Shown: positions 16,198 through 26,405, counted from the first letter of the stretch. The stretch: DNA of 32,000 nucleotides from Candidatus Electronema halotolerans (GCA_942493095.1 OW818675.1:2070001-2102000), one strand, 5' to 3'. Notes: generated from the sequence alone by a model not told the origin. Program-made: numbers and translations.

Positions 16198-16674
16198 TCA
16201 GATGCCGCTGTTTTGCTGCCGCAACGCCTCATACAGCACGATTCCGGCACTCATGGCCAGATTGAGGCTGCGGATGTACGGATTGGTCATCGGAATGGTA
16301 TAACAGCGGTCGCTGTGCAGCGCAAGCATTTCTTCTGGCAGTCCCTTGGTTTCCCGACCGAAAATAAGAAAGTCGCCCGACTGGAAGGCCGCCTGCCAGT
16401 AGGGCCGCTCAACTTTGGTGGTGAAAAGGAAGAGCCTGCGCTTGTTCTGCTCGGCAAGGAAGGCGGCCAAGTTTGGCCAGTGCTGGATGCGCACCTGCGG
16501 CCAGTAGTCCAGCCCGGCCCGCTTCAGGTGCTTGTCATCGGTGCTGAAACCGAGCGGATGAACAAGATGCAGCACTGAGTCTGTGGCGCCGCAGAGCCGG
16601 GCCACTGAGCCGGTGTTGGGCGGAATCTCCGGCTCAATCAGAACAATGTTGAAAGGAAGTGCGGACATAATCAT
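16198..16674 (-). CDS. trmL: tRNA (cytidine/uridine-2'-O-)-methyltransferase TrmL (SpoU family)
   Basis: FNIVLIEPEIPPNTGSVARLCGATDSVLHLVHPLGF and C-terminal SLNLAMSAGIVLYEALRQ. I prefer ATG 16674, which overlaps the upstream stop (ATGA). Confidence 0.85.
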   Translation of the reverse strand: MIMSALPFNIVLIEPEIPPNTGSVARLCGATDSVLHLVHPLGFSTDDKHLKRAGLDYWPQVRIQHWPNLAAFLAEQNKRRLFLFTTKVERPYWQAAFQSGDFLIFGRETKGLPEEMLALHSDRCYTIPMTNPYIRSLNLAMSAGIVLYEALRQQNSGI

Positions 16675-17162
16675 TGCCTTCTGCTGCGGTGCATCTTCTG
16701 CCATAAGCGGAACAAGGCCTGCCTGGCCTCCACGTCTTCCACTCCCTCAGTCAATTCCTTAAAAGCCTGTTCCGCTTCAGGATCAATACTGACCGGCGGC
16801 AACGGTGGCGGCTTCTCTGGCGGCGGGCTGGGAAAATCCGCAGGCTGGAGCATCCAGCGCAGGTCCCCAACCCTCGGCCCGTTATATTGTTCCAGAAATT
16901 CATTGATCTTGGCCAGCAGCTTCAGCTTGGCAAACTGCATCTGCTGAATCCAGATGGCATGTTTGCTGTAGATCCACAGTTCATCCCGGCGGAAAAAGGC
17001 TGGCAGGCTGTGATTGGCATAGACGCTGCCGACCAAGTCCGGCCAGCGGCGGGTCAGGCCGGGCAGATACCGCTGCCGTCCCCATTCCGCCGGGTCAAGG
17101 GCTGACTTCATGCTCTCAGCCAGCGGCTTGAGCCTGCTGCCGTCGTTCCCGTGCCCCGGCAT
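16671..17162 (-). CDS. DUF721 / DciA-like protein
   Basis: WPDLVGSVYANHSLPAFFRRDELWIYSKHAIWIQQMQFAKLKLLAKINEFL fits the DUF721 pattern (W..ivG...a.hs.p......L.v.v.s..w.qel.f.k..ll.kin). ATG 17162 follows the rnr stop directly (TGAAATG). Confidence 0.65.
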   Translation of the reverse strand: MPGHGNDGSRLKPLAESMKSALDPAEWGRQRYLPGLTRRWPDLVGSVYANHSLPAFFRRDELWIYSKHAIWIQQMQFAKLKLLAKINEFLEQYNGPRVGDLRWMLQPADFPSPPPEKPPPLPPVSIDPEAEQAFKELTEGVEDVEARQALFRLWQKMHRSRRQ

Positions 17163-17163
17163 T

Positions 17164-19341
17164 TCAGGCGGCAATGGCAAAGGTCAGGCGGCGGCTGAAC
17201 ATGTCAACCTGCACCAAGCGCACCCGGATCAAGTTGCCGAGCCGGTAGATGCGGCCTGTCCGTTCGCCGACTAACTGGTGGCCGGTGTTGTCGTGACGAT
17301 AAAAATCATCCTGCATGTCCCTGACCGGCACAGCTCCGCTGATCAGGCAGTCAACCAGCTCCACAAAGAGGCCGAACGAGGTCACGCCGGAGATCACAGC
17401 CTCAAACTCCTCTGTCACCCGCTCACGGAGATACAGGGCTGCCAGCCGGGCCTGCGCATCGCGTTCCGCCTCCACTGCCACCCGCTCTCTGCTGGAGAGA
17501 AAGCCGCCCGCTGTTTCCAGCGTCTCGCCAGCCGGAAGAACCGGGGCGGTCTTGTTCTTGGTGAGCAGATTCTGCAAAACTCGGTGCGCCACCAAATCAG
17601 GATAGCGGCGGATGGGCGAGGTGAAATGCAGATAATATTCAGCAGCAAGGCCGAAATGACCAAGGTTTTCAGGCGTGTATCTGGCCCGCTGCATGGTGCG
17701 GAGGAGCAGGTTGTTGACCACGTACTCTGCCGGGCTGTTCTTGGTCATGGCCAAGACTTCGGCAAACCAAGCCGGACCAATGGAATGCTGGGGCAGCTTT
17801 AGCCCCATTGAGGCACCAGTCTCAATAAAATCCCTGACCTTGTCCTGATCAGGATTTTCATGCACCCGGAACAGCACTGGTATTTCCGCCTTGTCCAAAG
17901 TTTCGGCCACAGCTTCGTTGGCTGCGAGCATGAACTCCTCGATCAGCAGATGGGCCTGATTGCGCTTCAGGCGGCTGACAGAAGCAATTTTCCCGTGCTC
18001 CAAGCAGATGTCCGCCTCCGGGATGCTGAAGCCGAGCGAGCCGCGCCGGGTGCGCTGTTCAGCCACCAAGGCGGCCAGCTCCTTGGCCTTCTCCAGCATG
18101 GGCAGCAGGGACTTGTGCATCTGCCGAATTTTTGGCTCGCGCAAATAAATCAGGCGGTGGACCGTGTTGTAGGTCAGGCGGGCATGGCTGCGGATCAGAC
18201 TCTTGCTGTATTTCGCTCCGATGCGGCGGCCTGCCTGATCAAAATCAAGAATGGCAGTGAAGGCGGGCCGGTCTTGGTCCGGGACCAAGGAGCAGAGATC
18301 GTTGGAGAGCCGCTCCGGCAGCATGGGCAGGACCATATCCGGCAGATAAACGCTGGTGCCGCGCTGATAAGCTTCCTGATCAAGGGCAGTGCCGGGCCGG
18401 ACATAATGGCTGACATCAGCAATCGAAACAAAGAGGCGGAAGCCCTGCTTGGTCTTCTGGACACAGATTGCGTCGTCAAAATCCTTGGCAGTTGGCCCGT
18501 CAATGGTGACATGGCGGAGATAGCGCAGATCGCGCCGCCCGGCCTCAGCCTCGGTGAGCGGCTCCAAGGCCTCAGCCTCAGCCTCCACGTCCGCCGGGAA
18601 GGTGCGGGGCAGATCAAACTGCTGCACTGCCATTTTGAGCTGGACCTGCGGCGTGTCCGGCAGCCCCAGAATCTCTGTCACCCGCCCCAGCGGCTGCCGC
18701 TGCGGGCTGCCATAGTCAAGCATTTCCACCAGCACGGCCATGCCGTCTGCCGCGTTCATGGATTCGCTCCGCTTGACCCGGATGGTGAAGGGCAGCTTGC
18801 CATTGTCCGGGGTGACAGCACCCATGTTGCGCCCGCCGATATAGGTGCCGCAGAGATGGGTGCAGGCCCGTTTCTCCACCTCAACCACTTCCCCTTCAGG
18901 CCGCCGGGAGTCAGGGCGGCTGGTCATGCGGATGAGCACCGTGTCGCCGTGACTGGCACCGTTCAGAGCAGGAGCGGGAATGAAAACATCCTTCTGCTGC
19001 TTGGCGACATTGCCTTCGAGCACGGCAAAGCCAAAGCCCTTGGCTGTCAGGGAGAGCTTGGCCCGCAGGCCGTCCTGCTGCTTGGCAAGCTGCCAGCACT
19101 GGCGGACCCGGCTGACCTTGCCAGCTTTCTCCAGCACGAGCAGGACTTCCTTGATCACATTCCGCTCCTGCTCAGGCAGGCCCAAGCTGCTGCAAACAGC
19201 AGTCAGCGACAGCGGCTCCTTCTGCCGACTGAGCACGGCGAGCAGCTGCTCACTCAAGGGGATTTCCGGCTCATGGCGGCGTTTTTTGCGACTGGGCCGA
19301 TAAGGCCGTCGTTTCTTCTCTTTATAACGTTTTTGTGACAT
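17164..19341 (-). CDS. rnr: ribonuclease R
   Basis: 725 aa with a basic N-terminus. The RNB domain is present (HVTIDGPTAKDFDDAI..., HFGLAAEYYLHFTSPIRRYPDLVAHR). A C-terminal S1 domain is present (ISGVTSFGLFVEL). Confidence 0.93.
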   Translation of the reverse strand: MSQKRYKEKKRRPYRPSRKKRRHEPEIPLSEQLLAVLSRQKEPLSLTAVCSSLGLPEQERNVIKEVLLVLEKAGKVSRVRQCWQLAKQQDGLRAKLSLTAKGFGFAVLEGNVAKQQKDVFIPAPALNGASHGDTVLIRMTSRPDSRRPEGEVVEVEKRACTHLCGTYIGGRNMGAVTPDNGKLPFTIRVKRSESMNAADGMAVLVEMLDYGSPQRQPLGRVTEILGLPDTPQVQLKMAVQQFDLPRTFPADVEAEAEALEPLTEAEAGRRDLRYLRHVTIDGPTAKDFDDAICVQKTKQGFRLFVSIADVSHYVRPGTALDQEAYQRGTSVYLPDMVLPMLPERLSNDLCSLVPDQDRPAFTAILDFDQAGRRIGAKYSKSLIRSHARLTYNTVHRLIYLREPKIRQMHKSLLPMLEKAKELAALVAEQRTRRGSLGFSIPEADICLEHGKIASVSRLKRNQAHLLIEEFMLAANEAVAETLDKAEIPVLFRVHENPDQDKVRDFIETGASMGLKLPQHSIGPAWFAEVLAMTKNSPAEYVVNNLLLRTMQRARYTPENLGHFGLAAEYYLHFTSPIRRYPDLVAHRVLQNLLTKNKTAPVLPAGETLETAGGFLSSRERVAVEAERDAQARLAALYLRERVTEEFEAVISGVTSFGLFVELVDCLISGAVPVRDMQDDFYRHDNTGHQLVGERTGRIYRLGNLIRVRLVQVDMFSRRLTFAIAA

Positions 19342-19410
19342 GCGTCTCCTGTGCGTTTACAACGGGGTGAAACAGTTTTTTCCTGTTCCCTGTTTGCTTC
19401 TCAGTCTCTC

Positions 19411-19422
19411 CAGTGTACACTG
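19411..19422. promoter_or_regulatory. perfect 12-bp palindrome in the divergent rnr / rel intergenic region
   Basis: CAGTGTACACTG lies 49 nt upstream of the rel ATG and 70 nt upstream of the rnr ATG. Confidence 0.25.
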
Positions 19423-19470
19423 CAATCTGGCAAAGATAAAGCAGCACCTTGCGCAAAGGACAGGGAGAAC

Positions 19471-21582
19471 ATGGAGATGAAAAATTTTGCTCTGGAACAG
19501 TACCGCCGCGAGATGGAGGCACTGGTTGGTTCCGGCCCGGCCATGCGGCTTTTTTACGAGGCTCTTGACTTTGCTGCTGATGCGCATGAGGGTCAGTTCC
19601 GCCGCTCCGGTGATCCCTATATTATTCATCCCTGCGCCACGGCCCGCATTCTGGCCAAGGAGCTGGAAATCCATAACCCGGAAATTCTCGCCGCCGGGCT
19701 GCTGCACGACACCATCGAGGATGTGGAGGAAATTGTCCCGGCAGTGATTCGAGAAAAATTCGGGGCCAATGTTGAGGCCATTGTGGTTGGCTGCACCAAG
19801 GTCAAGCACCACAGCGGCGACAAGCAGGCTCTGAAAAAACTCATTCACCGCCAGCTCTTCACCGGCGCGGCAGCCCGGCCTGAAGTGATGATCGTCAAAA
19901 TCGCGGACCGGCTCCACAACCTGCGCACCTTGGATGCCATGCCCCGCCACAAGCGGCAGCGCATTGCCGACGAGACCCTTGATTTCTACGCGCCCTTGGC
20001 CACCATCCTTGGTCTCTTCGCAGTCAAACGGGAGCTGTACAACCGCGCCCTTGCCAATAAATTTCCCAAACAGGGGCATCGCCTCCAGCAGCAGATTGAC
20101 CGTTTGGAGAGCAATCCTGCGCTTGCCACTCTGACGGTGGAAATTCAAGAAGCATTGCGGACTGTCAATATTAAGGCTGAAGTGACTGTCCGCACCAAAG
20201 GGCTGTGGGGCTATTATGACGCAAAAAATCGGGTTCTACGCAAGGAAATTGAAATACCGCAGGAAGTGCTGATCACTATGAACGAGAAGATTAGCTGCTA
20301 TCAGGTGCTCGGTCTGATCAACGAGCTGCATCCGCCCGTGCCGCGCACAGTGCGCGACTTCATTGCCAATCCCAAGCCGACCGGCTATCAGGGCCTTCAT
20401 GCCAAAGCCATCATCGAAGGGAACAAGTATCTGTTCAAAATCCGCACCGAGGAAATGGCCCGCAGCGCTCAGTGCGGGCTGGTCAAGAACTGGAACCCCA
20501 GCGACCGGAAATTAGACCGCTTCCTGACCGAATTGCAGGAGATGTTTGACATTCTCGGCAGCAATGAGGCCGTCTCCTACCGGGACATGATTGCGGCGGG
20601 CGGGCGCAAGGAAATCTACACCTACACCCCGGACGGCGACCTGATCTGCCTGCCTGTTCATGCCGCAGTCTTGGACTTTGCCTTTCATATTCACACCGAG
20701 ATCGGCCACCGCTGCACTGGGGCCATGATCGGCAACTGCAAGGTCGGGCCAGGCGACATGCTCCAAGACGGCAGCGTGGTCCGCATCCTCAAGCAGGATG
20801 AACAGGTTGATTTTGATCTGGAAATGCAGGCCAAATGCCAGACTCCCCGCGCCCGCAGCGAGCTGGCCAAGGCCTTCCGCGAGCGGATCAAGCATGTCTC
20901 GATCAGCACAGGCCGGGCGGTTTTGGAACAGGAGATGCGCCGCTACGGCCTCTCCTTTGACCTGATCGAGCATCCGAGCATGGAGCATATTCTTTTTTAT
21001 TTCAACATTTCCTCCAAAGATGAGTTGTTTCAGCGGGTCGGTGAAGGCAAAGTGAAGATGCGGGAGCTGATCTATGAGATACACAGCGGCCTGCTCGAAC
21101 AGCGCGAGATATTGCTGCATCAGCCGACCGGTATTCTCAACCGGATTGAGCTGACCACGGTTGATCCGGTGGTGGTCAAGTCCTCAGCCTGCTGCCATCC
21201 CACGCCTTTGGACCGAGGCTTGGTCGGCCTGCTCAGTCTGCGGGGCATCTCTCTGCACAGTAAGGACTGCTTTCAGTTGAAAAAACTGAAATTTCAGCGT
21301 GAGGACGCAGTGGAGGTGCGCTGGCGGCTCAGGGCCACGCCTGTGCCCAAGCCGCAGAAATTTGTGGTCGCCGATGTGACAGCCAAGTATTTGTTCAGCA
21401 GGCTGGCGGAAGCACCGGAGAATATGCGGATTCTGGAGGTTGTCGAAAGCGGCGGCAATCCGGGCGCGGCTTTCCGCACCTGGGAGGTGCATTTCACAGT
21501 CGCCAATCTCCTTGATCTGAAACGGGTGATCCGTCATCTTGACCGCTCGTTTTTGGTGTATAAGTTTGCTTTTCGGCAGTAA
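19471..21582 (+). CDS. RelA/SpoT-family (p)ppGpp synthetase/hydrolase
   Basis: HD hydrolase domain (AHEGQFRRSGDPYIIHP...LLHDTIEDV). Synthetase region (PKPTGYQGLHAKAI...FKIRTEEM). TGS domain (IYTYTPDGDLICLPVHAAVLDFAFHIH) and a C-terminal ACT-like region. ATG 19471 is preceded by AGGGAG. Confidence 0.88.
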   Translation: MEMKNFALEQYRREMEALVGSGPAMRLFYEALDFAADAHEGQFRRSGDPYIIHPCATARILAKELEIHNPEILAAGLLHDTIEDVEEIVPAVIREKFGANVEAIVVGCTKVKHHSGDKQALKKLIHRQLFTGAAARPEVMIVKIADRLHNLRTLDAMPRHKRQRIADETLDFYAPLATILGLFAVKRELYNRALANKFPKQGHRLQQQIDRLESNPALATLTVEIQEALRTVNIKAEVTVRTKGLWGYYDAKNRVLRKEIEIPQEVLITMNEKISCYQVLGLINELHPPVPRTVRDFIANPKPTGYQGLHAKAIIEGNKYLFKIRTEEMARSAQCGLVKNWNPSDRKLDRFLTELQEMFDILGSNEAVSYRDMIAAGGRKEIYTYTPDGDLICLPVHAAVLDFAFHIHTEIGHRCTGAMIGNCKVGPGDMLQDGSVVRILKQDEQVDFDLEMQAKCQTPRARSELAKAFRERIKHVSISTGRAVLEQEMRRYGLSFDLIEHPSMEHILFYFNISSKDELFQRVGEGKVKMRELIYEIHSGLLEQREILLHQPTGILNRIELTTVDPVVVKSSACCHPTPLDRGLVGLLSLRGISLHSKDCFQLKKLKFQREDAVEVRWRLRATPVPKPQKFVVADVTAKYLFSRLAEAPENMRILEVVESGGNPGAAFRTWEVHFTVANLLDLKRVIRHLDRSFLVYKFAFRQ

Positions 21583-21597
21583 AACACACACAGACCC

Positions 21598-22770
21598 ATG
21601 AAACAAGTCATCTCTTCAGAACAGAAGCCCATCAAGCTCTGGTTGGACGACATGGAAGCCAGCGCGCTGGCGCAGGCCCGCAATCTGGCCAATCATCCGT
21701 TCACCTTCCGCCATGTGGCCATCATGCCCGATGCTCATGCAGGCTATGGAATGCCGATTGGCGGGGTGCTGGCCTGTGACGGAGCGGTGATTTGCAATTC
21801 TGTCGGCGTTGACATAGGCTGCGGCGTATGCGCGGTACAGACTTCTCTGCCCAGCCTTGACCGTGACACCTTGAAACACATTCTCGGCCTGATCCGGGAA
21901 ACTGTACCGGTCGGCTTCAAGCATCACAAACGGCAGCAGGAACGCAGTCTGCTGCCTGATCTCGCCCGGCTGGACGCGGTGGAAAAATCCATTGTCCGCC
22001 AGCAGTTCGAGGCTGGCTGCAAGCAGATCGGCACCTTGGGCGGCGGCAATCATTTCATTGAAATCCAGCAGGGCGATGACGGCCATGTCTGGCTGATGAT
22101 TCATTCCGGCAGCCGCAACATTGGCCTGAAAGTGGCTGAACACTACAACCGGCTGGCTGTCGCCCTGAATGAGCAATGGCGGAGCGCAGTGCCCAAGGAG
22201 TGGCAGCTTGCCTTCCTGCCCTTGGCAACACAGGAAGCGCAGGATTACTTGGCGGAAATGAGCTGGTGCGTTGACTTCGCCTTAGCCAACCGGAAGCTGA
22301 TGATGGAACGGGTCAAGGCGGCAGTGCAGGAAATCGCCGGTGAGGTTGATTTTTTGAATTTCATCAACATTGCCCATAACTACGCGACAATGGAAGAGCA
22401 TTTTGGCAAGGAGCTGCTCATCCACCGCAAAGGGGCCACCCGCGCCTTTGCCGGGGAATACGGCATCATTCCTGGCTCGCAGGGCAGCCGCAGTTATATT
22501 GTGGTCGGCAAGGGCAACCAAGAGAGCTTTTGTTCCTGCTCGCATGGCGCGGGCCGGAAGATGGGGCGCAAGCAGGCCCAGCGCGAATTAGATTTAACTG
22601 CGGAAGTGGAGCGGCTCAACGCGCTCGGCGTGGTGCATGGCATCCGCCATCAGAAGGATTTGGACGAGGCTGCCGGGGCGTACAAGGATATTGAAACAGT
22701 GATGGGAAACCAAAGCGATCTGGTTGACATTGCAGTCAGCCTGTTGCCGCTGGCGGTGATTAAGGGGTAA
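21598..22770 (+). CDS. rtcB: RNA ligase RtcB
   Basis: 390 aa with MPDAHAGYGMPIGGV, GGGNHFIEIQ, HSGSRNIG, IAHNY and SCSHGAGR motifs typical of RtcB. Confidence 0.92.
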   Translation: MKQVISSEQKPIKLWLDDMEASALAQARNLANHPFTFRHVAIMPDAHAGYGMPIGGVLACDGAVICNSVGVDIGCGVCAVQTSLPSLDRDTLKHILGLIRETVPVGFKHHKRQQERSLLPDLARLDAVEKSIVRQQFEAGCKQIGTLGGGNHFIEIQQGDDGHVWLMIHSGSRNIGLKVAEHYNRLAVALNEQWRSAVPKEWQLAFLPLATQEAQDYLAEMSWCVDFALANRKLMMERVKAAVQEIAGEVDFLNFINIAHNYATMEEHFGKELLIHRKGATRAFAGEYGIIPGSQGSRSYIVVGKGNQESFCSCSHGAGRKMGRKQAQRELDLTAEVERLNALGVVHGIRHQKDLDEAAGAYKDIETVMGNQSDLVDIAVSLLPLAVIKG

Positions 22771-22809
22771 GTTTGGCAGAAAATGCTTGCGGTTTACTGA
22801 GGAGTGTGT

Positions 22810-22829
22810 TTACTCTGAACACAGAGTAA
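22810..22829 (+). terminator. short hairpin after rtcB
   Basis: 8-bp stem TTACTCTG / CAGAGTAA with an AACA loop. No T-run follows. Confidence 0.25.
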
Positions 22830-22883
22830 TTCGCCATAGCTGATCCCGCTGACCGACAAAATTTATTATTTCTAGTAATTTTC

Positions 22884-23033
22884 ATGACAGTAGCTGAGAT
22901 GTTTGCAGATTTCCTTGATAATCTAAAAGTAGATAATGCAGATAAAATCAGCCTGCGTTATGGAGAGATTACTGCCAGCTTGAACAAAAAATTCAGAGAG
23001 TCTGAATCCACATTCTTAAAACGAGGGCTTTTC
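22884..23033 (+). pseudogene. possible 5' remnant of a nucleotidyltransferase (SMODS/CD-NTase-like N-terminal helix), open in frame into vapB
   Basis: MTVAEMFADFLDNLKVDNADKISLRYGEITASLNKKFRESES resembles the F..F...i.l......i..ry..it..Ln pattern at the start of these NTases. It ends before any GS/DxD catalytic motif. No SD is present and the region is AT-rich. Confidence 0.3.
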
Positions 23034-23324
23034 ATGAATATCACATTAACGCCAGACATTGAGCAGGTGCTGCGCCAAGCAGCAATAAAACAGGGGGCAA
23101 CTGTTGAATCAATCGTCCTGAAAACACTTCGAGAGTGTTTTTTCCAAAAGGAGAGTAAACAACAGAATTGTTCCAAGATGAACAGTTTGGCTGACATGCT
23201 GGAAGGATATATCGGCACAATTGACAGCGGAGAAATTATTCAAGGCGGTGCGCAGATGTCCAAAAACAGCGGGAAAAAATTTGCCGACATCCTTGCGGAA
23301 AAATACCGGCAGGGAAAAATATGA
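23034..23324 (+). CDS. VapB-like antitoxin
   Basis: GAGGG SD lies 8 nt upstream of ATG 23034. It has an MNITLTPDIEQVLRQAAIKQGATVESIVLKTL RHH-like N-terminus and overlaps the downstream PIN gene by 4 nt (ATGA). Confidence 0.6.
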   Translation: MNITLTPDIEQVLRQAAIKQGATVESIVLKTLRECFFQKESKQQNCSKMNSLADMLEGYIGTIDSGEIIQGGAQMSKNSGKKFADILAEKYRQGKI

Positions 23325-23731
23325 TATTGACCGATACCGGGCCGCTGATTGCCTTGCTTGATAAGAGGGATAATCAGCATAGACGTTGTCTTGATGTCAT
23401 CAGCACCCTGCCTGCTGAACCCATGCTGACAACATGGCCGTGCTTTACCGAAGCCATGCTTATTCTCGGAGCAGTAGGCGGGTATCGTTATCAGGATGTT
23501 CTTTGGCAATTGGTGTAGGAAATGAAACTGGATATCCATGATTCATCCCTTGCAGAAATTAAGATAATGCGTAATTTGATGAAAAAATATCAGGATACGC
23601 CGATGGATCTGGCTGATGCCTCCTTGGTCGCTTTGGCAGAGCATGGAAAAATGAAACGAATTTTTACAGTTGACAGTGATTTCTATATCTATCGCCTTTC
23701 GGACGGTTCAGCACTTGAGGTCATTCCATGA
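23321..23731 (+). pseudogene. vapC: VapC-type PIN-domain toxin interrupted by an in-frame TAG
   Basis: ORFs 23321-23518 and 23522-23731 are in the same frame, separated only by TAG (23516-23518) and GAA. Together they read as one about 136-aa PIN domain (ILTDTGPLIALLDKRD ... PMDLADASLVALAE ... IFTVDSDFYIYR). Confidence 0.75.
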
Positions 23732-23736
23732 CAGCC

Positions 23737-23890
23737 CGACAGGAAGTGAACACCCCGCCGTCAAAGCAGAACTTGGCGGCGGGGGAAATAACCGCTGCCA
23801 CAGCCTTGCGGCTTGCCAGATACTTTGATATGTCGCCGCAATTTTGGCTCGGCCTGCAAATGGACTTTGAACTTGATCCCACAAAAAAAG
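23737..23890 (+). pseudogene. C-terminal fragment of a HigA-type HTH antitoxin
   Basis: GEITAATALRLARYFDMSPQFWLGLQMDFELD matches the conserved end of HigA/XRE antidotes (it...A.rLa..fg.sp.fWl.lQ..ydL). The N-terminal HTH helices and a proper stop are missing, and the frame runs into the groEL antisense. Confidence 0.6.
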
Positions 23891-23926
23891 CGGCAGCTCC
23901 CGCAACCGGGAGTCTGCCGCTTTTTT
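23883..23926. terminator. bidirectional rho-independent terminator (groEL and the TA patch)
   Basis: A7, then GCGGCAGCTCCCG, a caac loop, then CGGGAGTCTGCCGC, then T6. The stem is 13 bp with one bulged T. Confidence 0.8.
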
Positions 23927-23945
23927 GTTCAGAAGCAGCTTGGGC

Positions 23946-25610
<1,665 letters not shown>

Positions 25611-25669
25611 TTAACTCCTTTATAGCTTGTGTTGATGAAAACAGGATGATTGACAGACAGGGCAGGCTT

Positions 25670-25960
25670 TCAGCCTTCAATGATGCCGAGGATGTCGTCC
25701 TCGCGCATGATGAGATACTTCTCGCCATCGACTTTCACGTCAGTGCCGCCGTATTTGGAGAACAGCACCCGGTCACCTTCTTTGACATCCATAGCGATCC
25801 GCTCGCCTGCGTCATTCCGCTTGCCTGCGCCGACAGCAACAACTTTGCCCTCAGCAGGCTTTTCTTTGGCGGAATCAGGGATGATGATGCCGCCTGCGGT
25901 TTTTTCCTCTTCCTCCACTCTTTGGACCAGAATGCGGTCATTCAAGGGACGAATCTTCAT
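25670..25960 (-). CDS. groES: co-chaperonin GroES
   Basis: 96 aa: [43 protein letters not shown]. Confidence 0.97.
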   Translation of the reverse strand: MKIRPLNDRILVQRVEEEEKTAGGIIIPDSAKEKPAEGKVVAVGAGKRNDAGERIAMDVKEGDRVLFSKYGGTDVKVDGEKYLIMREDDILGIIEG

Positions 25961-26094
25961 GGACGTAATCCTCCTGTTGCACAGATTTGTTTATTGTTTG
26001 TATCGGAAAATACAAGCCGGGCATGCTGCCTTTCCGGCTGATTCACGTGTTTGGCGACAGGCGCAGCAGCGTCCTGTCATCTGACTTGGCCAAA

Positions 26095-26124
26095 CAATAG
26101 GGACGGATGGGGGAAAATCAAGGG
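26095..26124 (-). promoter_or_regulatory. candidate sigma32-type heat-shock promoter for groES-groEL
   Basis: The minus strand reads CCCTTGATT, 13 nt, then CCCTATTG (compare CCCTTGAA-N13-15-CCCCATNT). I found no CIRCE inverted repeat (TTAGCACTC-N9-GAGTGCTAA) in 25961-26190. Confidence 0.35.
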
Positions 26125-26190
26125 GCGGGGCAGAAAAAAATTTCTTCCTGAAATAGGATTAAAAATCAAAAAGAAGGAAGACAGGGAGCT

Positions 26191-26388
26191 TCAGTCCGCT
26201 GGCTGCCGGGCAAAAAAATGACGGCGGAGGAACTCGCATTCCGCAGGCGTGAGGTCAAAGCGCAGCTCGGCGGCGGCTGTCACCTTGGCCCGCTGCTTGT
26301 CCGGGTGCTGCTGCATGGTCCCGCTGATCCATGCGACAGCCTTTTGCAGATTGGTGGAAGCAGTGAGAAGCTCAGTGGCGGCAGACAT
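26191..26388 (-). CDS. small hypothetical protein (65 aa)
   Basis: The ORF starts 17 nt after the hsdR stop on the same strand. I do not recognise a family (…AELRFDLTPAECEFLRRHFF…). Confidence 0.4.
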   Translation of the reverse strand: MSAATELLTASTNLQKAVAWISGTMQQHPDKQRAKVTAAAELRFDLTPAECEFLRRHFFARQPAD

Positions 26389-26405
26389 GCCGTCCTCCTT
26401 GGCAG

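Noticed and set aside
17860-19338. 492-aa plus-strand ORF (similar cases: 12420-13304, 23925-24890, 27450-28571, 19357-20148, 5213-6043, 1124-1906)
   Set aside because: All lie entirely antisense to well-supported genes (rnr, epimerase, groEL, hsdR, rel, aroB, pheT). They have Ala/Arg/Gly/Leu-biased low-complexity composition and no SD. They are typical shadow ORFs of GC-rich coding DNA.
26101-26125. CCCTTGA plus CCCCCAT as a textbook sigma32 -35/-10 pair
   Set aside because: The two elements are only about 4 nt apart, far from the 13-15 nt spacing required. I retained the downstream CCCTATTG as the -10 candidate, at low confidence.
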